Shown in pieces: positions 39,930 through 50,518 of a stretch of DNA of 64,000 nt (positions within the stretch are counted from its first letter, which is position 1; every line of letters starts with the position of its first letter). The notes below the pieces were generated by a model. It made no database searches and was not told where the DNA came from. It worked only from the letters and a program-made list of their open reading frames with translations. The position numbers and the translations under genes are program-made. The stretch spans positions 1,920,001-1,984,000 of the forward strand of contig OZ253665.1 in NCBI GenBank assembly GCA_965263295.1, in the 5' to 3' direction. This DNA comes from Spirochaetia bacterium (GTDB lineage: Bacteria > Spirochaetota > Spirochaetia > SP-2023).

Positions 39930-41546
39930 TCATCCCAAACAGGCTTGCGCATACTGCCGCACGAAGCTGGCCAACAGGCGCACGCCGGCACTACGCGAGC
40001 TCTCGCCCAACGAAGGATGTTCCTCCAGGCTGGACCATCCCGCGAGATCCAGATGGACCCAAGCGTGCCGGCAAGCGTCTGTCACTTGCGCGCCGCCCTC
40101 GCCATCCTCACTTTCTGGGAAGGCAAACTTTTGCAGAAATAAGGCCGCCGTCAGGGAACCTCCACCCATGGAACTCTTGGTCGAAATATTCGACATATCG
40201 GCCAATTTGCTGTCAAGAAAGCCGGCATAAGGTTGAAACAAAGGCATGCGCCAGACCTCTTCGCCGGTATCGCGGGCGGCCTGAGCCAATAGAGAGGCCA
40301 CTTGATCGTCATTGCTGTAAAAAGCGGCGCACTGCTCTCCCAGGGCCACGATGGCCGCTCCCGTCAAGGTGGCGCAATCCAGCAACAATTTGGGTTTTTG
40401 CCGCACGGCGTGGTAGATGGCATCGGCGAGAATCAGGCGCCCTTCGGCGTCCGTGTTGTTAATCTCCACAGTCGGTCCCATGGCGGACTTAATAATGTCG
40501 CCGGTCTTGATGGCATTACAACCTATCTCATTTTCCACCAAAGGTATATATGCCTTGAGATTGGCCTTCAGGCCAGAGCTGGCCAAATAATGGAAGGCCC
40601 CATAGACAATGCCGGCCCCCATCATGTCGTATTGCATGCCTTTTAAGCCGGCACTGCTTTTTAGGTTCGTTCCACCAGTATCAAAACAAACGCCCTTGCC
40701 CACCATGGCAATGTGCTGGCTGCTGGAACTGTCGCCTCGGTAGTCCAGAAGCAGCAGGCGCGATTCGCGTGGGCTGCCACGCCCTACCGCCAAGAGCAAG
40801 TTCATGCCTTCCTTTCGCAACCGGGACTCCCCCCAAATTTCCGCGCTTACTTCTGGCAACTTGCCCGCCTCCGCGGCGGCAAAATCGCTAAAGAATTCTG
40901 GGGTACAAATATTGGCCGGACTGAGAACCAGCTTTAAGGTCTGCCGCGCCGCGGCGATCTGATGCTCCAAGTCTTTCAGCACAGTTTGCAATTCGGTCGC
41001 TTTTCCGCGTTCGGCCGCGGGGACAATAAGCTGCAGCTGAACTTCTACGGCGTCGTCTTGTGGCTTCTTCAGTTCCAAAAACTGATGAGAACCAAACCAC
41101 AAACCTTCCAAGACGAGGCGAAACTGCTCCAGGCTGAGCCCCGGAATTACGGGCAAAGCCGCCTCTTCCCAGCGCTGCTTACGGATGGCCGCCGCCAAGG
41201 ATTTGCCCCACTGCAGCAGGGCCGCGCTTTCATTGCCCAACTCTTTGGTTTTGGCGCCCAGGCGAATATTACTCAGGTGCACAGGCAAGGCGCTCTCGTT
41301 GTCCAAACCGCTGGCCAGAGCGCTCAAATCTTGCTGCTTGCCTTTCAAAGCCGTTTCTTGCTCCAGAAAATGAGCCAGCACCTGCTGTATGCCCGCCCGC
41401 CAGGGTTCCGTTCCCGCGATCCCGGCAAGATCGGGAAATTCTTGACCAGACGGCTTGGCCAAGATCAAGCCACCCTTGACTCCCTTAGTTCCCTGGGCTC
41501 TTTTGTCGGTGGCTAGCTTCAAGCTATCGTTGATAATGAAGGTCAT
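39930..41546 (-). CDS. pepA: Leucyl aminopeptidase (M17)
   Basis: VGKGVCFDTGG, DMMGA, NTDAEGRLILAD, ATLTGA, WVHLDLAG. Confidence 0.94.
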   Translation of the reverse strand: MTFIINDSLKLATDKRAQGTKGVKGGLILAKPSGQEFPDLAGIAGTEPWRAGIQQVLAHFLEQETALKGKQQDLSALASGLDNESALPVHLSNIRLGAKTKELGNESAALLQWGKSLAAAIRKQRWEEAALPVIPGLSLEQFRLVLEGLWFGSHQFLELKKPQDDAVEVQLQLIVPAAERGKATELQTVLKDLEHQIAAARQTLKLVLSPANICTPEFFSDFAAAEAGKLPEVSAEIWGESRLRKEGMNLLLAVGRGSPRESRLLLLDYRGDSSSSQHIAMVGKGVCFDTGGTNLKSSAGLKGMQYDMMGAGIVYGAFHYLASSGLKANLKAYIPLVENEIGCNAIKTGDIIKSAMGPTVEINNTDAEGRLILADAIYHAVRQKPKLLLDCATLTGAAIVALGEQCAAFYSNDDQVASLLAQAARDTGEEVWRMPLFQPYAGFLDSKLADMSNISTKSSMGGGSLTAALFLQKFAFPESEDGEGGAQVTDACRHAWVHLDLAGWSSLEEHPSLGESSRSAGVRLLASFVRQYAQACLG

Positions 41547-41594
41547 GCTTAACTCCTCGTGATTATTTTGTATTATGATAAAGAAAACAAATAC

Positions 41595-41640
41595 CGAGAG
41601 CCAATATCGAGAGCCGATATCGAGAGCCGATATCGAGAGC
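41595..41640. repeat. 13-bp tandem repeat x3.5 upstream of pepA
   Basis: cgagagcc(a/g)atat units. Confidence 0.85.
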
Positions 41641-41723
41641 TAAGCGGCGATCGCGCAAGCGCCAGCCAGAATTATTGTCGGCACGGACGGGCTCTTTTGG
41701 GTGGGTTCTATGTCATGGGTGCA

Positions 41724-41848
41724 CTGGCCCCGTAACCACGAAAAACACTAAAAAACACGAAAATGCTAAAACACCGCGCCTCCCGCTTGAACGCCTTTCA
41801 CTGCTCCCGTCATCCATTATTTTACAGGAATTTTGCGCCTAAATTTTC
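41724..41848 (+). repeat. Dispersed element, degenerate copy lacking the right arm
   Basis: ctggccccgtaaccacgaaaaacactaaaaaacacgaaaatgctaaaacaccgcgcctccc. Confidence 0.7.
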
Positions 41849-42069
41849 AGTCCTTGACTTTTTAGCGCCTTTGCAACTGAAGGCACTGGCGAGGTATAGC
41901 GACCGCTATGAAAAATACGGCATAATTCCTGGCCGCCGTACAAATGCGGTGTATGGCACTGGGCTAGCATCTCGTGGCTCCTCTATCTAAGAAAAGAGGA
42001 CGAACAATTTCTACGCATCGGCAATCCATGAATTTTCGGATATTTAATCTTGCAATTTGGGCAACTCAT

Positions 42070-43716
42070 TTACGGAGTGAACGGCTCCTTGCTTTGCAGA
42101 GTCACCAAGTCCAGCCAGACAAATTGCTGTTTGTGCTCTCCTACCAACACAAAAGCCCCGACAAACTGCGGCGCCATGTCCGGCAATAATTCTTTATTCG
42201 ATTCACTTTGCAGTTCCAGATCGAGATTAAAACGCCCCAGGTGACCATTTTTTAGGAAAGCAAACAGTTCGCCGTCGTGTTCCCACACCCCACTATCGGC
42301 ATGGATGTCGTCACGGCCCTGCAGCGTGGGTTCGAGAATTTTATCCAGCTTGAGCAGGCGGATGCGGCGGCGGTTTTCGCGACCAATTGGAGTCTCCGTA
42401 ATATCGTACTCGCCTGCCACGACAACATATCCGTTCTCATTGGCAACATACTGCCTACTGCGAACCGAGTTGACAGGCGAACGCTTACTGACATCCAGGC
42501 TGCTGCCATCTACAGCATAAAACTGGAAAAAACGATTTTTCACTGGCAAAAGTATGACTTCTGAACCCGGCGGCAGCTGTCCTGCCGGCTCTTCAGCTGC
42601 CGTGGCATCCTGCCCTTGTGGGGGTGAAGGCGGATTTTCCGCGCTCAGTGTGCGTTGTTCTTTATTCAGGGATTCCTGGCGCTGGGCAATGGTCTGTTGT
42701 TCCGCACCTAATTCATTTTGGGCCTTCTGGTTGTCCTGCAATTGTTCCTTCAGCTCCTGCTGCGCAGCTTGGGCCTCTTCCTGATCATCGGTTGTGGCCT
42801 CCGCCACCGCTTCCAAAGTCTCCTGAGTCTCGCGGTTTTCCTGCTGTAAATCTTCCTGCTTAGTTTCCAGAACTTCTTGGTCGTCATTCAGTTTTCCCTG
42901 ACGGAGCTCCAGCATGTCCTGGCGCAGGTCTTTTGCTTGCTGTTTGTCCTCTTCGCGCTCATTCAAAAACTGGGAGACAGTCTGCTGTCCTGTTTCGTCC
43001 AGATCGGGACTGGCAGGCTGATCCAGAACAGGATTGGCGCTAAGCGGAATAACAATTTGCGTATTTCCCGCCCAGTCCGCATAATTGGTACTGAGTCCGA
43101 TGATATCCGGCTGCAGCACCGCATTCACTTCCGGGCTAAATTTATTTTCAAAGTAACTGGCATCCTGGCGGTAATAAGCGTTGTAATAGGTTATAAACGT
43201 GCTGATGGTGTCGGCATCCGCCACATCATAGCGATAGCGGGCCTGTAAATAGCCGGAAATAATATGCCTCAAGTTGCGGATGTGATCGACACCTGCAGTA
43301 GGGCTAAGGCTCAGAATATCGGCATCAAAAAATGGGCTACTTTCTGCACTGCTTAAATGCTGCACAGAGTATTTGCCGGCATAATCCGAACGGCCTGTCT
43401 CAGTAAGATCGGCCAATTGAGTTCCGATGGCCATAATTTCGGCCAGACTATCGACCCGCTCATGTGGCCCGACATAATTGATAAATTCGACTGGATCGAC
43501 AGATTTTAATTCTAGGTCGGCAATATCGGGACTTGCACCCTGCTGGGCCAGCAAGCTAGCACTGGTCATGAGCAGAATCCCGACCAGGATACTTGATGAA
43601 ATCCTTGACAAAATTCCCAGAATCGCTAGCGTCGCCACCGAAAATGAAATGCGTGATGTAAAATTGCTATGTCGCACAGTGCCTACCTTCCAAACCTGCT
43701 GAAATATTAGCCTCAA
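42070..43716 (-). CDS. P83/100 family protein (spirochete antigen); true start uncertain
   Basis: EFINYVGPH, GVDHIRNLRHIISGYL, FITYYNAYYR, IGLSTNYADWAGNTQIVIPL followed by a Q/E-rich coiled coil. Confidence 0.85.
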   Translation of the reverse strand: MRLIFQQVWKVGTVRHSNFTSRISFSVATLAILGILSRISSSILVGILLMTSASLLAQQGASPDIADLELKSVDPVEFINYVGPHERVDSLAEIMAIGTQLADLTETGRSDYAGKYSVQHLSSAESSPFFDADILSLSPTAGVDHIRNLRHIISGYLQARYRYDVADADTISTFITYYNAYYRQDASYFENKFSPEVNAVLQPDIIGLSTNYADWAGNTQIVIPLSANPVLDQPASPDLDETGQQTVSQFLNEREEDKQQAKDLRQDMLELRQGKLNDDQEVLETKQEDLQQENRETQETLEAVAEATTDDQEEAQAAQQELKEQLQDNQKAQNELGAEQQTIAQRQESLNKEQRTLSAENPPSPPQGQDATAAEEPAGQLPPGSEVILLPVKNRFFQFYAVDGSSLDVSKRSPVNSVRSRQYVANENGYVVVAGEYDITETPIGRENRRRIRLLKLDKILEPTLQGRDDIHADSGVWEHDGELFAFLKNGHLGRFNLDLELQSESNKELLPDMAPQFVGAFVLVGEHKQQFVWLDLVTLQSKEPFTP

Positions 43717-43940
43717 CTTCTATCGTGCTGCCTTAATATTTTCGTGCCTTTGCCGTTATTCTTTAATACATTGCGCTGAATACAGCAGAGTCTGAACGTC
43801 ATCGCTTCTCCTCCTTGATCCACTATAATATAAATGGTGGATCAACAAAAATACAAAAAAAATGAAGGGCTCATTGACATTTTAACTTAATTCAGTATTG
43901 TTTGCCCACCTGAAGACGCTACAATTGTCAAAGGCCGTTC

Positions 43941-44014
43941 GGAGGTGTGGTGAAGCCGGTTATCACGTCGCCCTGTCAAGGCGAAGGCCGCGGGTTCGAG
44001 TCCCGTCACTTCCG
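43941..44014 (+). tRNA. tRNA-Asp (GTC)
   Basis: GGAGGTG acceptor stem, TCGCC-CTGTCAA-GGCGA anticodon arm, GGTTCGAGTCC T arm. Confidence 0.96.
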
Positions 44015-44143
44015 TTATATATTTCTATAAAGTTATCAAGACTTGGAAATGCTTGGAGTATACTTTAAGACTCCCCTGCAAAGATTGCCCCGGTAAATCA
44101 CTGGGTTTGCTTTTAGCTTGCAATCTGTTACAGGAGGCGAAGC

Positions 44144-46318
44144 TTGTCTTCAGAGAATAACAAACGGACAACTCCAGCAGAAGCAAGTCATCCCGGCGAA
44201 AGTCATGGCGTTCCTGATGCGGCATCGCCACAAGAACAACTGCCAGCCATAGAAATTGTTTCCCGTGAGAATGGCTACAGCAAGCAAAGCCGACACCAGG
44301 TCCCGTCGAACCAGACCTCAGTTTCCTGTTTAAACGAGGACCAGACGGAAACGAAAAACACGGTAAATACCCCAGAGAATAATGCAAGTCCAGAGGCTCG
44401 CAGACAGAGAGGAAAGCCAAGAGGGCGCTTTGGTTACAACCTGCGCTTCAAACGGCTAAAAAGCCTAAAAAACCTCAACAACTTATGGGCCGGTCTGGCT
44501 CTTGCCGCACTATGTTTCCTGTTGAGCTATGGCTTCGCCTCCCTGTTCTATTTAAGCCGCCAGGCCCAGGCGAGCGGCGGGCTATCTTTAAAGCTAATAG
44601 CAGAATACAGCCAGAACAATATTCTAATCCTGCTGTTTCTTGTCGCCTCAATTTCCTGCTTGATGACTTTGTTATTTTTGGCTTTGTCTGCCGCGGGACG
44701 CAAACTCTCTCTGCTGGTGCGCTCCGGTTTTTCACTGCGGAAATTCCCGACACGCCCAGAGCCGGAATCGGCGGTGCAAAACGGAGTAAATGCATGTTCT
44801 GAAATGAGATATTCTTCTGCGCCGGCAGCTGCCGCGCAAAATGCTGAGCTCGGAAGCGACGACAATCGGCTTGCTCAAGACCCGCAACCAGAGATAACAA
44901 CCAATACGGCCTGGCCCGGAATTGAGGAACTAGAGGATACCGATGTGCCATTATTCGCCCCACACTCAGGCGAGCAACTCCACAGCCAAGCAGAAGATAA
45001 TACGACGCCAGCCTCTACGGAGGACTCAACTGTTGGAGACCCAACGCTCTTGCCACCAACGCAATATTACGACATCGAAAATCGCAACGGACAGTTTTAC
45101 GCCAATTTGCACTTCCTGCTGCACAAAAAGTTCTCACTGTATGTACAAGGTTTTACTGTCGTACTTTCCAGTCTGGCCTGTGCCCTGATCACCCTCGGCT
45201 TTTTGGGGCAAGTTCCCGGCAAGCTGTTATTCTTGTTTTCTATTCTATTTCTGTTTATTGGAGCCCTATTTACGTTAATTCTGCGCAATCAGTATTCCCA
45301 AGGTATGGAAGCCCTTTACCAAAATCTACTGCAGCAAATTTATCAGCATTCCAGCCCGACGAACTCCTATAAGCAGCTGGACGCAATCAGCATGCTGTAT
45401 GGCCTAGCTTTTGTCGAAGCCCGTTATTTCCAGGCACGAGTCATCGCCGAATTCCAAAATGTGTTGAAATTAACCCGCAGCTCCTGGTATCAAGCTAGGT
45501 ACAGCCAATCACCTTCAATTCTGGTGGAAGAAGTTCTGCGCAAGCTGCTCTCTGCGGTAGACTTTTGTCACTTATTGCTTGGCGACAGAACAACACCCAA
45601 TACGGCAACATTTTGCAACACAATGCAGAACTTATTTCGAGAGTGGCTGTATCATCGCCTCTTTCTCAAGGACTTCCAGAAGTTCGGAGCCTTTCGGCAT
45701 CACGCCACAGTCGGCCTGCTTAGCCACATGGACAAACTGCGACAGGCGAGCGGAAGCCGGACCAGCCTGGACAAGCCGCCAAACGGTTTATCCCAGCCGC
45801 CGGTGCAAGATCAGAGGATATTGCCCTATTTTGTCCTAGAGAACTATTACCTGGTCGGAACCAACCTGTCTAAATTGCGGGTCACAGAGGCGCACTTCCA
45901 AAACTGTCAGCTCAGTCACAGCAATTGGTCAGGCAGCAAGCTAAGCGATTGCAGCATATCGTCTTGCCATCTAGATCAGGTTATTCTGTATCGCTCCAGC
46001 TGGCGGCGCTTTCTTTGGGCCGGCAATACAGCGCGTGAAATCGACGTTGAGCATTGCTCCTTCCTGCAAGGGAACCTTAGAGACTGCGACCTGCAAGGTA
46101 TCCAAAACCCGCTTGACAGCCACTGGCACCTGCGGCATTGCTTACTGCAGGAATGCAGGCTCGGCAATTCGACAATCAGCATTGATTGCTGGCAAAATGT
46201 CAAAGCCTCAAGCTGCGATTGGAGCTCAACCTTGCTTTCCATAGCCGGCGAGCTCTATTCGCCCGAATCTGAAGGTGAGACAGAGACTTTGAGCAAGCAT
46301 CTGGAGATTAAAGCCTAA
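44144..46318 (+). CDS. Membrane protein with C-terminal degenerate pentapeptide repeats
   Basis: GGAGG RBS and TTG start; two TM hairpins separated by an acidic disordered linker; GTNLS/EAHFQ/NCQLS/HSNWS/GSKLS pentapeptides. Confidence 0.65.
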   Translation: MSSENNKRTTPAEASHPGESHGVPDAASPQEQLPAIEIVSRENGYSKQSRHQVPSNQTSVSCLNEDQTETKNTVNTPENNASPEARRQRGKPRGRFGYNLRFKRLKSLKNLNNLWAGLALAALCFLLSYGFASLFYLSRQAQASGGLSLKLIAEYSQNNILILLFLVASISCLMTLLFLALSAAGRKLSLLVRSGFSLRKFPTRPEPESAVQNGVNACSEMRYSSAPAAAAQNAELGSDDNRLAQDPQPEITTNTAWPGIEELEDTDVPLFAPHSGEQLHSQAEDNTTPASTEDSTVGDPTLLPPTQYYDIENRNGQFYANLHFLLHKKFSLYVQGFTVVLSSLACALITLGFLGQVPGKLLFLFSILFLFIGALFTLILRNQYSQGMEALYQNLLQQIYQHSSPTNSYKQLDAISMLYGLAFVEARYFQARVIAEFQNVLKLTRSSWYQARYSQSPSILVEEVLRKLLSAVDFCHLLLGDRTTPNTATFCNTMQNLFREWLYHRLFLKDFQKFGAFRHHATVGLLSHMDKLRQASGSRTSLDKPPNGLSQPPVQDQRILPYFVLENYYLVGTNLSKLRVTEAHFQNCQLSHSNWSGSKLSDCSISSCHLDQVILYRSSWRRFLWAGNTAREIDVEHCSFLQGNLRDCDLQGIQNPLDSHWHLRHCLLQECRLGNSTISIDCWQNVKASSCDWSSTLLSIAGELYSPESEGETETLSKHLEIKA

Positions 46319-46347
46319 ACTGCCATTAACTTGCCAATGAACTTGCC

Positions 46348-47034
46348 ATGAAACGACAGACGCTATTTCAAGTCGGTCGCCTGTGTACCCGTTTTTTGCT
46401 GGCGGCCACGCTTATACCCACGCTTATACTATATGGTTTTCCTTTTATACAGGTACATGAAAACTCCATGCGCCCTACGCTAAAACCAGGCGACTTGCTA
46501 ATTTTGAGTCGCCTGGCCTATCGACTAAGAGAAATTAAGATTGGAGATATATTGGCTTTTCACCATCCGTCTGCTGCGGCTGCAGGTAACAAAGATTTAA
46601 CAGCCGCCGGCAGCCCAAAGCTCACGATGATAAAGCGTTGCGCCCTAGTGGCGGGCATGCCCCTGTCTTGGCGGGGCTCACGCCTTTACATTCCTTATTT
46701 ACAAGGTTATGTCGAGCTGGAAGGCTCAATATGCCGCAAGCTCAAAAGCCTGAGGCGCATACCCACCGGCTTTATTTTTGTACTGGGTGACAATGCTCGT
46801 CATTCCCTAGACTCACGCAACTATGGCTTAGTATCAGTTTCAGCGGTCCAGGGTAAAGTGTTATGGTTGCCATCACCATTCCGCCGCAGCGGGGAGGCTG
46901 TTTATCCTGCACCGATTAAAACTTCAGACCAGCTTGCGGTTGCATCTGCGCTGTTTTGCCACCCCTCGCGCACAGCACTGGGGCCTCACTCTGGCTGCAG
47001 CGCTCTATCTAAGACTTCTGCGGGCACGGAATAG
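46348..47034 (+). CDS. lepB: Signal peptidase I
   Basis: SMRPTL (catalytic Ser), MIKR (Lys), VLGDNARHSLDSRNYG. Confidence 0.9.
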   Translation: MKRQTLFQVGRLCTRFLLAATLIPTLILYGFPFIQVHENSMRPTLKPGDLLILSRLAYRLREIKIGDILAFHHPSAAAAGNKDLTAAGSPKLTMIKRCALVAGMPLSWRGSRLYIPYLQGYVELEGSICRKLKSLRRIPTGFIFVLGDNARHSLDSRNYGLVSVSAVQGKVLWLPSPFRRSGEAVYPAPIKTSDQLAVASALFCHPSRTALGPHSGCSALSKTSAGTE

Positions 47035-47969
47035 CCAAACTGGCGCACGACTGCCGGATCAATATAGAGCTCGCTGGCGTCAGCCCCTTCAAGAGTGTGG
47101 TCTTTCTCGGCGAAAATAGCCTGCCGGGCCTCATCATCCTGGGCTTCAAGAAATTGGATAAGCAAGTTTGCCGTTGCTTCGGCCATCTGAGCATAGTTAG
47201 GGCCGTAGGCGAGCATCACACCGGCATTGGCGGCGCTGACTGAATCGGAAGTGACAACCGGCACCAAGTTGCGATTTGCAATTTCGACAATGTTAGCGAG
47301 GTCTTTAAACAGTAAACTGCTGTTGGCCAAATACAATACATCAACCTTGTCGTCGAGGGCAACTAGCGCACTTACGGCATCGGTAATTTGAGCAATATTG
47401 CTAATTACGGTCGTCTTGGTAGAATTGATACCCGCTATTGCGGCGCGGTAGCGCACGACGCCGGTCATATATGCAGAGTTAGCCTCATTGAGAGACTCAA
47501 TCTGCCCCAGCAAACTTAAATCAGGCATGATCGCCAGGAGCTCCTTAAAGGCGTTTTCAGTCGAAACAGGGTCTTTGTAGCCAGTGATCGGGCTGCTGCT
47601 CTCCAGGAGTCCAGCGCTCTCAGGGTCGGTAACCCCGACATAAATAATCGGAGCGCCATCATCCTCGGCAAAGGCCTGGGCGATAGGGGCATCGACGGCA
47701 ACACGCAGCTTGAGTTCGGTATTGGCGGCGAACTGAGTCGAAATTTCCTCAATGCGATCAGTGTGGCCTTCCGCATTTTCTTGCGCAAAGATTACCTCTG
47801 GATGCTTTTTGTTGACGATAGCCATGATCCTTTCTGTCAGCAAATTATTACTGGGACTATCGTTATACTTGGCTAGTCCAATGTGGACGGGCTCCTTTTT
47901 ACAAGCCGTTAAGGCGACTATGACGACCAAGGCCGGCAAAATGCTGAAATAGTTCCACTTTTCGTTCAT
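46986..47969 (-). CDS. ABC transporter substrate-binding lipoprotein (orphan; ABC_sub_bind type)
   Basis: LTAC lipobox, PIIYVGVTDPESAGL, NEANS motifs. Confidence 0.8.
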   Translation of the reverse strand: MNEKWNYFSILPALVVIVALTACKKEPVHIGLAKYNDSPSNNLLTERIMAIVNKKHPEVIFAQENAEGHTDRIEEISTQFAANTELKLRVAVDAPIAQAFAEDDGAPIIYVGVTDPESAGLLESSSPITGYKDPVSTENAFKELLAIMPDLSLLGQIESLNEANSAYMTGVVRYRAAIAGINSTKTTVISNIAQITDAVSALVALDDKVDVLYLANSSLLFKDLANIVEIANRNLVPVVTSDSVSAANAGVMLAYGPNYAQMAEATANLLIQFLEAQDDEARQAIFAEKDHTLEGADASELYIDPAVVRQFGYSVPAEVLDRALQPE

Positions 47970-48230
47970 GTTATATTCCTCACAAACTTATTTGCTAGGA
48001 AATCTAGCAGTTAGGCTTAAAATTTAATGGATTCAAAGATAGGGCTCAAGTGTTTGGGCTCTTAATTACAAATATTTATGCTTGAGTTTAGGTGACGATC
48101 ATTGTATAAAATGATATCTGTTTATAATTTGCTTCCCTGCTGCGCACTTGTCGGACGCACAGCTTACAAGTAGAATGCCCCCAAAATGGAATGTCGTTTT
48201 CCACCAGTGATGACGACTTAGAAGTAGAAT

Positions 48231-49529
48231 ATGAAAACTGTATTTGTTTCAATGAGTGGGGACATTGTTCACCACGGCCACATCCGGATAATCGAAAAGG
48301 CACGCGAGTATGGCGAAGTGACGATTGGCCTGCTTACGGACAAGGCTATTGCAGATTACAAGCGTATACCTCACCTGAATTTTGCCCAGCGCAAACAAGT
48401 TTTAAAAAATATCAAAGGTGTGGCGCAGGTTGTCGCGCAAAATGAGTGGGATGACTCAATCATCGTTCGCCAGTTAAAACCGCACTTTGTCGTTCACGGC
48501 GATGACTGGAAACACCATCCGATGAACATTTTTCGCAATCGGGTCCTTCAGGCTCTGGCCGAATGGGGAGGACAGTTAATTGAAATTCCCTATACTGAGG
48601 GCATCAGCTGCAGCGACATTGTACGCAATATTTCAGGCTTGGGTATCACCCCGACCATGCGCCTGCAAAGCCTGAAACGCCTGATTGCGGCAAAAGAGAT
48701 CGTGCGCATCCTGGAGGCGCACAACGGGCTTTCAGGTCTGATCGCCGAAAATGCTCAAATAGAACGCGAGGGAAAAATCATTAGTTTCGACGGCATGTGG
48801 TCCAGTTCCCTTACCGATTCAACCAGCCGTGGTAAACCCGATATTGAAATAGTCGATACGACCTCGCGCCTGGTGACCATCAATGACATTTTTGCCGTGA
48901 CGACTAAACCGATGATTTACGATGGGGACACCGGCGGCAAATTGGAGCACTTTCCGTTTACCGTGCACAGCCTGGAATGTGTCGGCGTTTCCGCGGTAAT
49001 CATTGAGGACAAAACTGGTCTCAAAAAAAACTCGCTGCTAGGTAATGAAGTTCTGCAACAGCAAGAAAGTATTGAAGGTTTTTGCTCCAAGATCCAAGCG
49101 GGAACAAAGGCGCGGGTCAATCCGGAATTTATGATTGTCGCCCGGATTGAGAGCCTGATCCTCAATGCCGGCATGGAAGATGCCATCGCCCGCGCCGAAG
49201 CGTATATCGGTGCCGGTGTCGATGCCATTATGATCCACAGCCGCCGCGAAGATCCGTCAGAAATCTATGAGTTCTGCTCGCGTTTCCATCGCCTGGGCAA
49301 GACGGTGCCCCTGATTGTCGTGCCAACCAGCTACAACAAAGTTTACGAGCGCGAGCTGGTCGACCACGGCATTAAAATTTGTATTTACGCCAACCATATG
49401 TTGCGCTCAGCCTATCCGGCGATGTGGGATGTGGCCCACAAAATCCTGCAAAATGGCCGGTCTTACGAGGTCGATGAACAATGTCTGTCGATACAAGAAG
49501 TTCTAAAGCTGATTCCCGGAACAATTTAA
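48231..49529 (+). CDS. aepX: Phosphoenolpyruvate mutase with N-terminal cytidylyltransferase domain
   Basis: DIVHHGH (HxGH) and VHGDDW N-domain; EAHNGLSG, DGDTGG and PepM signature EDKTGLKKNS. Confidence 0.93.
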   Translation: MKTVFVSMSGDIVHHGHIRIIEKAREYGEVTIGLLTDKAIADYKRIPHLNFAQRKQVLKNIKGVAQVVAQNEWDDSIIVRQLKPHFVVHGDDWKHHPMNIFRNRVLQALAEWGGQLIEIPYTEGISCSDIVRNISGLGITPTMRLQSLKRLIAAKEIVRILEAHNGLSGLIAENAQIEREGKIISFDGMWSSSLTDSTSRGKPDIEIVDTTSRLVTINDIFAVTTKPMIYDGDTGGKLEHFPFTVHSLECVGVSAVIIEDKTGLKKNSLLGNEVLQQQESIEGFCSKIQAGTKARVNPEFMIVARIESLILNAGMEDAIARAEAYIGAGVDAIMIHSRREDPSEIYEFCSRFHRLGKTVPLIVVPTSYNKVYERELVDHGIKICIYANHMLRSAYPAMWDVAHKILQNGRSYEVDEQCLSIQEVLKLIPGTI

Positions 49530-49688
49530 AGTCATTGCCACAGGCCCTGTCTAAACGGGATGCGGGCTTTTTGCCTTCAATCTGAAAAAAATCCTTAAAA
49601 AATCTGAAAAAATCCTTGGCGCAACGGGGCTTAATTTTGTATTTTCACTCCGCGATAAGACCAGCCTGTTTATTGGAGAAATTCGGCC

Positions 49689-49937
49689 ATGCCAACTTAC
49701 GATTATCAATGCGATGCCTGTGACGCTGTGTTTGAGGCCTTTCAATCCATTCACGACGATGCCTTAAAGAACTGTCCATACTGCCAGCAAGCAAAATTGC
49801 GCCGCCTGATTTCTGGTGCCGGCATCATCTTCAAGGGCAGTGGTTTCTACGTCAATGACAGTAAGAAAAAAAACGATCGGCCGCCTGCGGCTTCTGCTGG
49901 AGACACTCCAAAATCTTCAACAGCCGCCTCAAACTAG
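49689..49937 (+). CDS. FmdB-family zinc-ribbon protein
   Basis: MPTYDYQCDAC...CPYC...FKGSGFYVND. Confidence 0.92.
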   Translation: MPTYDYQCDACDAVFEAFQSIHDDALKNCPYCQQAKLRRLISGAGIIFKGSGFYVNDSKKKNDRPPAASAGDTPKSSTAASN

Positions 49938-49990
49938 TCTTAATTTATTTCGCCCTCCCCTCAAAAAAAGGCAGAAAAAAGGACGCGACG

Positions 49991-50146
49991 GGGACCACGA
50001 ATTGCACGAAAGACGGCGAAAAGTCACGAAAGTTAGGCGGGGGAGCCGCGGGGGAAACGATGGACGACGGGAGGCGCGGGGGCGTTTTAGAATTTTCGTG
50101 TTGTTCGTACTTTTTTGGTGCTTTTCGTGGTTCCTCAGCCAGGGTC
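49991..50146 (-). repeat. Dispersed CACGAA/TTCGTG element (inverted, shortened)
   Basis: gggaccacgaattgcacgaaagacggcgaaaagtcacgaaagttagg...tttcgtggttcctcagccaggg. Confidence 0.85.
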
Positions 50147-50407
50147 TCTCCTCTCAGCTCCGAACCAAGAGGCCCCAAAAGCAACAGGTTGACTGCGAAC
50201 AGTCGTTTAATTAGGGACGACATGAAATAAAAATAAGTTAAATATATTATTCATAGACATGTAATGAATGCTTGTCTGAGGAACTGACTATTACGTTTTA
50301 ATATAAGACTCCAAATAATCTTCTCAAGTATTTGCAGGAAATTTTCAACTAACTGGCCAAAAGTAAATTACAATGCCATGCTTTTCCCTTATCCTATTGT
50401 CAGTATA

Positions 50408-50426
50408 AATAATAATTATTATTATC
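50408..50426. promoter_or_regulatory. Putative Fur box upstream of the ABC/ECF operon
   Basis: Reverse complement GATAATAATAATTATTATT, 16/19 match to the Fur consensus. Confidence 0.6.
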
Positions 50427-50518
50427 ATAATCATAAATTCGGACGAGCAACACTGGTAATGATAAAGAACACGCAGTCGTTATATTTCATTGCCGCATTA
50501 CCTGGGAGAGTTGCTGCC

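Noticed and set aside
43941..46318. tRNA-anchored prophage or integrative element at tRNA-Asp or tRNA-Pro
   Set aside because: No integrase, phage genes or duplicated tRNA 3' end seen in the window
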